A stretch of DNA of 64,000 nt from Amoebophrya sp. A120 (Eukaryota > Protista > Dinoflagellata): the NCBI GenBank assembly GCA_905178155.1, contig CAJINV010000001.1:13780664-13844663 (forward strand). The letters are read 5' to 3'. The position numbers and the translations under genes are program-made. Shown piece after piece: positions 58,901 through 64,000 of the stretch. The notes beneath the pieces are model-generated. The model ran no database searches. It was not told the origin of the DNA and worked only from the letters and a program-made list of their open reading frames with translations. The first letter of the stretch is position 1, and each line of letters begins with the position of its first letter.

Positions 58901-59599
58901 AAGAAACGCTATTGAATATGCAAATATAAAATGTCCGAAAACCAAGATAATTTTCTTTTCCAATGCGTGTTGATACAGGATGACGTTGATTCGTATTTCC
59001 CTAGGAGAGGCGGCAGCTTCTGGCTTCTGTAAAAGAAACAACGGCTTTGATACGTGTGTATTAGTCTCGAGCAAAGGTGGAATGTTCCTGTGGCGAATGC
59101 CTCCGTCGTAACGCGAATCTGACTCGGTCGCAGGTGGTCAAAAAAAGTGCAGTTTGTACGAAGTCGCCGTTTCTCACGCCGTCATGGTATGTCTTTGGCA
59201 GTTGTCAATGTCGTTTATGTGATGTGTTGTGTGTGTCTTTGTCGGTCAGCATTGTCCTCGACCCTGTCGTGTCGGTGCTGTTGCATCTGTCAATCTCTTT
59301 TGATGTGCAGCACCTGGCGCTCCGGCATCTTCGCCCAACTCGTCTACAACAGGCGCATGCTTGCAACATGCGAGCCAAATTAATAAAATGGCATAAGTAT
59401 TTCAAGAGAACTGCTAGGGTAGAGCCGCTAGGCCCGAGCTTTCGACTTGCGCGCCCCTTCGCTGCCTTCGCCAGAATCCCCACTCTGGTGCGTGGTGGTC
59501 GGTGCTGCGTAAAATACGCACGCACCCCCTGCAGCGTCGCCCGCGCTACCACGCGTTTTGTCGGTCTGGGCTTCTGTCTTCAGTATACCCAGGAAAAAT

Positions 59600-60370
59600 G
59601 GAAGTCGCCCGCCAGCATCGGCGAACAGCGACCAGAAAAGCGAACAGAGCGCCGGGGCAAATGCCCAAGCTGCACCCAGGGGACACGTTTCTGGAGAACC
59701 TCCGGAGGTTTTGCATTTCCGGCCGGAAAGATTTGCAGCTCGCTGGGAAACCTTGCGGCATGTTAACGCACATCGGCCACCATACCAGTTTCCTCGGTCT
59801 AAGGCCCGGCCGTCAAATCGGTCGGGCAGGCTTTCGAAGCGTACAAAAATCGCAGATCGGGAGAAAAGCTGCCCGCCAACATGGCGGGCAGCGACCAGAA
59901 AATCGGGGCGAGTGCCGTGGGAGAGGCCCAAACTGCACCCAGGGGAGACGTATCCCGAAAGCCTTCGCGGCTTTTGCATTTCCAGCTGGAAACGTTCCCA
60001 GCGGGAAAGCCTTGCGCCATGTTGACAGCCAGACATCGGCCACCATACCAGGCCCCTCGGTCTACAGTCAGGCCCCCAAACCGTTCGGGCTTTCAAAGCG
60101 TACAAAAATCATCGGTCGAGCTGCTAGCTGCCCGCATCATGAACAGCGACCAGAAAATCGAGTAGAGCGCCGTAGGAAATGCCCAAAGTGCACCCAGGAG
60201 AGACGCATCTGGAGGACCTCCGGAGTTTTAGTATTTCCAGCTGGAAATGCCCCGGCTGGAACGCCTTGCGTTCTGTTGACATCGGTCACCGTATCAGGCT
60301 CCTCGGTCTCGACTCGAGTCAGGCTCTCAAATCGTTCGGGGTTTCAAAGCGTACAAAAATCGTAGATCGA
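59600..60370. repeat. Diverged ~255-bp tandem repeat, ~3 units
   Basis: CAGCGACCAGAAAA at ~59625, 59889 and 60144; TTTC(G/A)AAGCGTACAAAAATC at ~59832, 60091 and 60342; TGCACCCAGG in each unit. Confidence 0.8.
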
Positions 60371-61393
60371 AAAGCGAGAGAAGTAGGATTCTGAATCTAA
60401 ACGAACCACGGCACCACCGAGATGATTTGCATGAACAAAATGACGCCCCAGAAATTCCCGCCACTCCTGATCGTGCTGAACATATAAAAGCCGACCCGCT
60501 TCCCCTTGAGCAATTTCGAGCGCCCCTTCTGTGCTCTGATTTTAGACCGCGCCAGCCGTTTTTTTGTTTTTTTTAGATCGGGCAAGCGCGAATGTGGCGA
60601 GGCCGATGCCCGCAATTGCCCTGAAACCTGTACCAAACCCCCCACAGTTCCCGACATTTAGCAACCCAGGACATATTTAGAGCCCGCGCGGCCCCTGAAC
60701 CTCGTCAGGCTCTAACTGTAAGAAACAAATTGTGAACGGCCACGCTCTTTTACTTTTTTTTTTAGGCCCAGAGAAAGCACGCAGCACGGAGACAGCTCCT
60801 GGCCCGCCTGATATTGGTTGCTTTGTTTTATTTCCCTCAACACTATTAAAGAGAAAGACTGACGCTTGCGCTCGCATTGTTTTTCAAAGGCCACACCAAG
60901 CAAGGAGGCGCACGGACGAACTGAGCCCGTGGCGCTTGTGGCTTTTTTCTTTGACTGTGGCCGGCCGCACAGTAAATATTAACACGCAGAAACATGAGCG
61001 CGCGCGTCAAGGCCCGTGCGCAGAGCCACCCCATGACAGTCGAGCCAACTTCGCCCAGGGACGAGGGCGTTTAGGACTCCGCAGCCAGGTTGCCGCCGTC
61101 GCTGTTTTCCGCTTCTGTTGTCGGCCGGAGTGGCGCTTTTCTTGTCGCCTTTAACTTGCTTCACGACCGAGTTTGGCCGGTCGCTCGGCGGCGCGCATCA
61201 TTGGCCGGCGTCGCGCGTGTCAGTCCCCGCAAGGCGCAAGGTGCTTCCTCCAGTGGCGCTCGACCACGAGCGGCGCCACCGTTAGCGGCGCGGCGAGGCA
61301 GCGCGGCCGGCTGTATTGGCAGGGGCGGGGAGGCGGGGGCCCGGCGCGATTGTTTGTACGCCGAGAAGCCCGGCGGCATGCAAGACCGGCGAA

Positions 61394-63693
61394 ATGTCTT
61401 CTGGTGCAGCGGCGTCGCCGTCCAAAGATGCAGGGCCGGGCGCACCCGCGCGGATGCGGAGACCGATTCAACCGGCGGCCGGAACGTCCACAATGCCGAC
61501 CGAGGCCCAGGTTAGGGAGGCGGTGTCTTGCGCGGATGCAAAAACGAAGGCCAGAAATGAGAAGCGCAGCCGAATTAGCTTGGCGGACATTATTTTCGAG
61601 TACGTCGTCGGGAAGCCGCAAGCCTTTGGCGACAACCCGCCTCAGACCTCGAAAGAATGCCAGCAGCTCTGTTCCAAGTTGCGGGAGTATTGCCGGGAAG
61701 ATGAGTGGCAGAACATTATTCCGCAACGGGCTGACGCTGACGGATTTGGCTTTGGCAAGGGGCGGTGGGAGTGGAAGCAGGGCGAGAAGGACATCGACAA
61801 CGTGCGGCAGCTGGTGTACCAAGTCCTAGTGTTGAAAGAGCCACGCGCCAAGATTCCGGAGGATTTGCAGCGGCCAGACGACGCGAAGGTGAAGCGAAAA
61901 ACCGGCGAGACTGGAGCCGCCCAGCCGGCCCCGAAGAAGCAAAAGCGCGGGCGCGGAATTGATAGCGACCTTGATGACCCGGTCGAACGGTGGGACCAGG
62001 GGGGGGACGACGGTGCTGGCCACAAGGGGGGCGCGGCAGCGGGCTTCGGCAGAGACGGCTACCGCCCCGCGCTGGGCCCGGCGACGCGGGCTTCCAGGCC
62101 GCCGGCGGAGGCCCTATCGGCGCCCGCCGGGGCTAGCCAAGCGGGCTCCGCTGGGCCTGCAAGAGTATTAAGTGCCCGCCCGCACCCCTATACCTCAGCG
62201 GGCCCCAGCGCTGGGCCGCGCGCCCCGGCACCCTTGAAGCCGGCCGACCCAGCAGCAGTGCAGCGCGCCGTACTTCTGTGTCTGAGGTATAAAAATAAAG
62301 GCGCTACCTGCAGTTAAGCAGTAATTATGACGTTGAGGCCTTTGCTCGCTTTTCGCTGTGTCATTGCTTTGATAGATCTGCCCCGGGCCAGTTTCTTTGG
62401 TTTTTTTTGCTGATGAATGGAGCCGCCCTGGTCTTATTTCTTTGCTGGATTTTGTGCCGGGGCGCTCTTGACTGCTTCACTTTGATGGGAAAGTTGAAAA
62501 CTATTCGAACTATCACAGGAAAAAGTGGGCGGAGGTGGAGCAGCCAGAGAACATGAGAAAGGCAAAAGAGCGGCTCGCCCCCCTCATGTGGCGCGAAGAA
62601 AAAGAGGTCAGCAGGCAGATGGCGCAGCGCTTGGGGAATTTTGGCGCCCATTTTCAAGGTGCCGCTGGCAAATCGTTCCGCACGCAATTCGCCTGTTCCC
62701 TGGGGGAACAGGATGGGCCCCCACTGCGCACGCAGAGCGTGGATCATGTCTCGCTTGGGCCGGCGCATGGAGTGACGCCCGCAACGGAAGGAAGGACAAT
62801 AGAGTATTGCATCGCTTCACACCCGGGCTTCACCAGCGCGGACAAAAAGGGCCCCGGCGTCAGTGTTCACGGTTGCGGCTACCTCGGGCGCGGACAGTAT
62901 GGGACTGTGTACAAAGCCTGGCGCCGGGAGCTGCCGACAGCGATGGGAGACAATTTGCAGAAGCCCCCACCAGGAGGGTGGGGCCTGGTGGCAATGAAGT
63001 TCAGCTTGGGAGCTGGAAGGGAATCCTGCAGACAGGCGAACAGCATAATAATGCAGCACGAAGAGAAAGAGCGCCAGCACCTCGAAGGGATCGCCCGACG
63101 TGCTCATGAGGAGCAAGAAGGCTTGCCAGCTTGGAAAAGCAGTGAGGTGAAGGCAATCCAAAAGCGCATGGAACGCGAGGAGACCGGGTCCACGCCCCAT
63201 CGAAGTCTGGCGCTGGTGCTATCACGGCTACGGAACATGGGACCGGACTCCAACAGACTGGCCATGCCGATGTTGATGGGCCACGGGTTCGAGGCGTTCG
63301 CTTACAGCACACACCATGTGCAGGTGTTTGAACTTGCGCACGGCGATCTGGAACATTTGCAGGCCAGGTATTCGCGGACGGTGCAGCTGCAGGCACTTGA
63401 GAGCAGGGGCGGCCTTGACTCCGGGGTGAAAATCAATCGTAAGCACGAAAAAGAAGACTACTTCTCTTCCCTCGGCCCCTTTGATCGTGATATGAGCCCC
63501 AATATACTGGACATAAACGCAAACGGCGACAGAAAAATCGGCCTCCCCATTCACATCGCCTACCGATTTTGTTTGCAGATGTTACAGGGGATGCGCTGGC
63601 TGAAGCACAATAACTTCATTCACACGGACCTCAAGGAGGCGAACACATTTGTCTATTTCGTTACAGCTTGGACGGCCGTTAGATTTCTGCGCG
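61394..63693 (+). CDS. Divergent Ser/Thr protein kinase, partial (probably continues past the window end)
   Basis: GT-AG intron 62287-62518 joins the two long ORFs (LCLR|KKWAEVEQ). Gly loop YLGRGQYGTVYKA, VAMK, catalytic loop FIHTDLKEAN. Candidate donor GTGAAT near 63694; no DFG seen within the window. Confidence 0.7.
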
Positions 63694-64000
63694 GTGAATT
63701 TCAAGTGATTTTAGCGGTCTGCAAGAATTTGGCAAGTCAAGTGGTTCTGCGGATATTTCTTCCCGGAAATATCGACATCCACCCGACGGAAAAGCCGGAG
63801 CGACATAAGTTCCAACAGGCTTCCGGTTGTGGCAGAATTTGTCAAGCAAAAAAGAAGCGGGATGGGGCGACGCAATGTCCAGCTGCATTGTCAACGCCCT
63901 AGGCTGATGAGTCATGAAGTAGCTTCGCGTCGTTGCTTTTCGTTTTGTGGGTGCTGCGGATGGTTTGCCGGGCTCGGGCGTCTGGGTCTGCCAGATGCTC

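Overview
Intron-rich eukaryotic genomic DNA, not prokaryotic. It most resembles a parasitic dinoflagellate or alveolate such as Amoebophrya (Syndiniales); this is an inference from gene layout and intron types. About 14 protein-coding genes can be reconstructed, all on the + strand: a membrane-anchored pepsin-like pseudo-protease, CCDC25, a group IV PLP decarboxylase, a ~10 kb low-complexity/helical-repeat gene, an amino-acid transporter, endonuclease V, an MFS transporter, a SAM methyltransferase-PAN fusion, phospholipase B-like, a partial protein kinase and several unknown proteins. Most introns are GT-AG. The main signal is seven MITE-like elements (162-759 bp) inserted in the coding exons of four otherwise intact genes. 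Each starts TAT, ends ATA, has ~25-35 bp terminal inverted repeats (TIRs) and is flanked by a 5-bp target-site duplication (TSD). The reading frame is restored by removing the element plus one TSD copy, and no such register gives GT-AG, GC-AG or AT-AC ends. All seven share an internal GCAT(C/G)ACA motif. One carries a nested ~484-bp insertion, and an eighth, decayed copy lies outside any intact gene. Also present: a 5'-truncated non-LTR retrotransposon-like insertion with a perfect 20-bp TSD and (CT)n tail, several tandem arrays, and an N gap. All gene models and coordinates were read by eye and need RNA confirmation.
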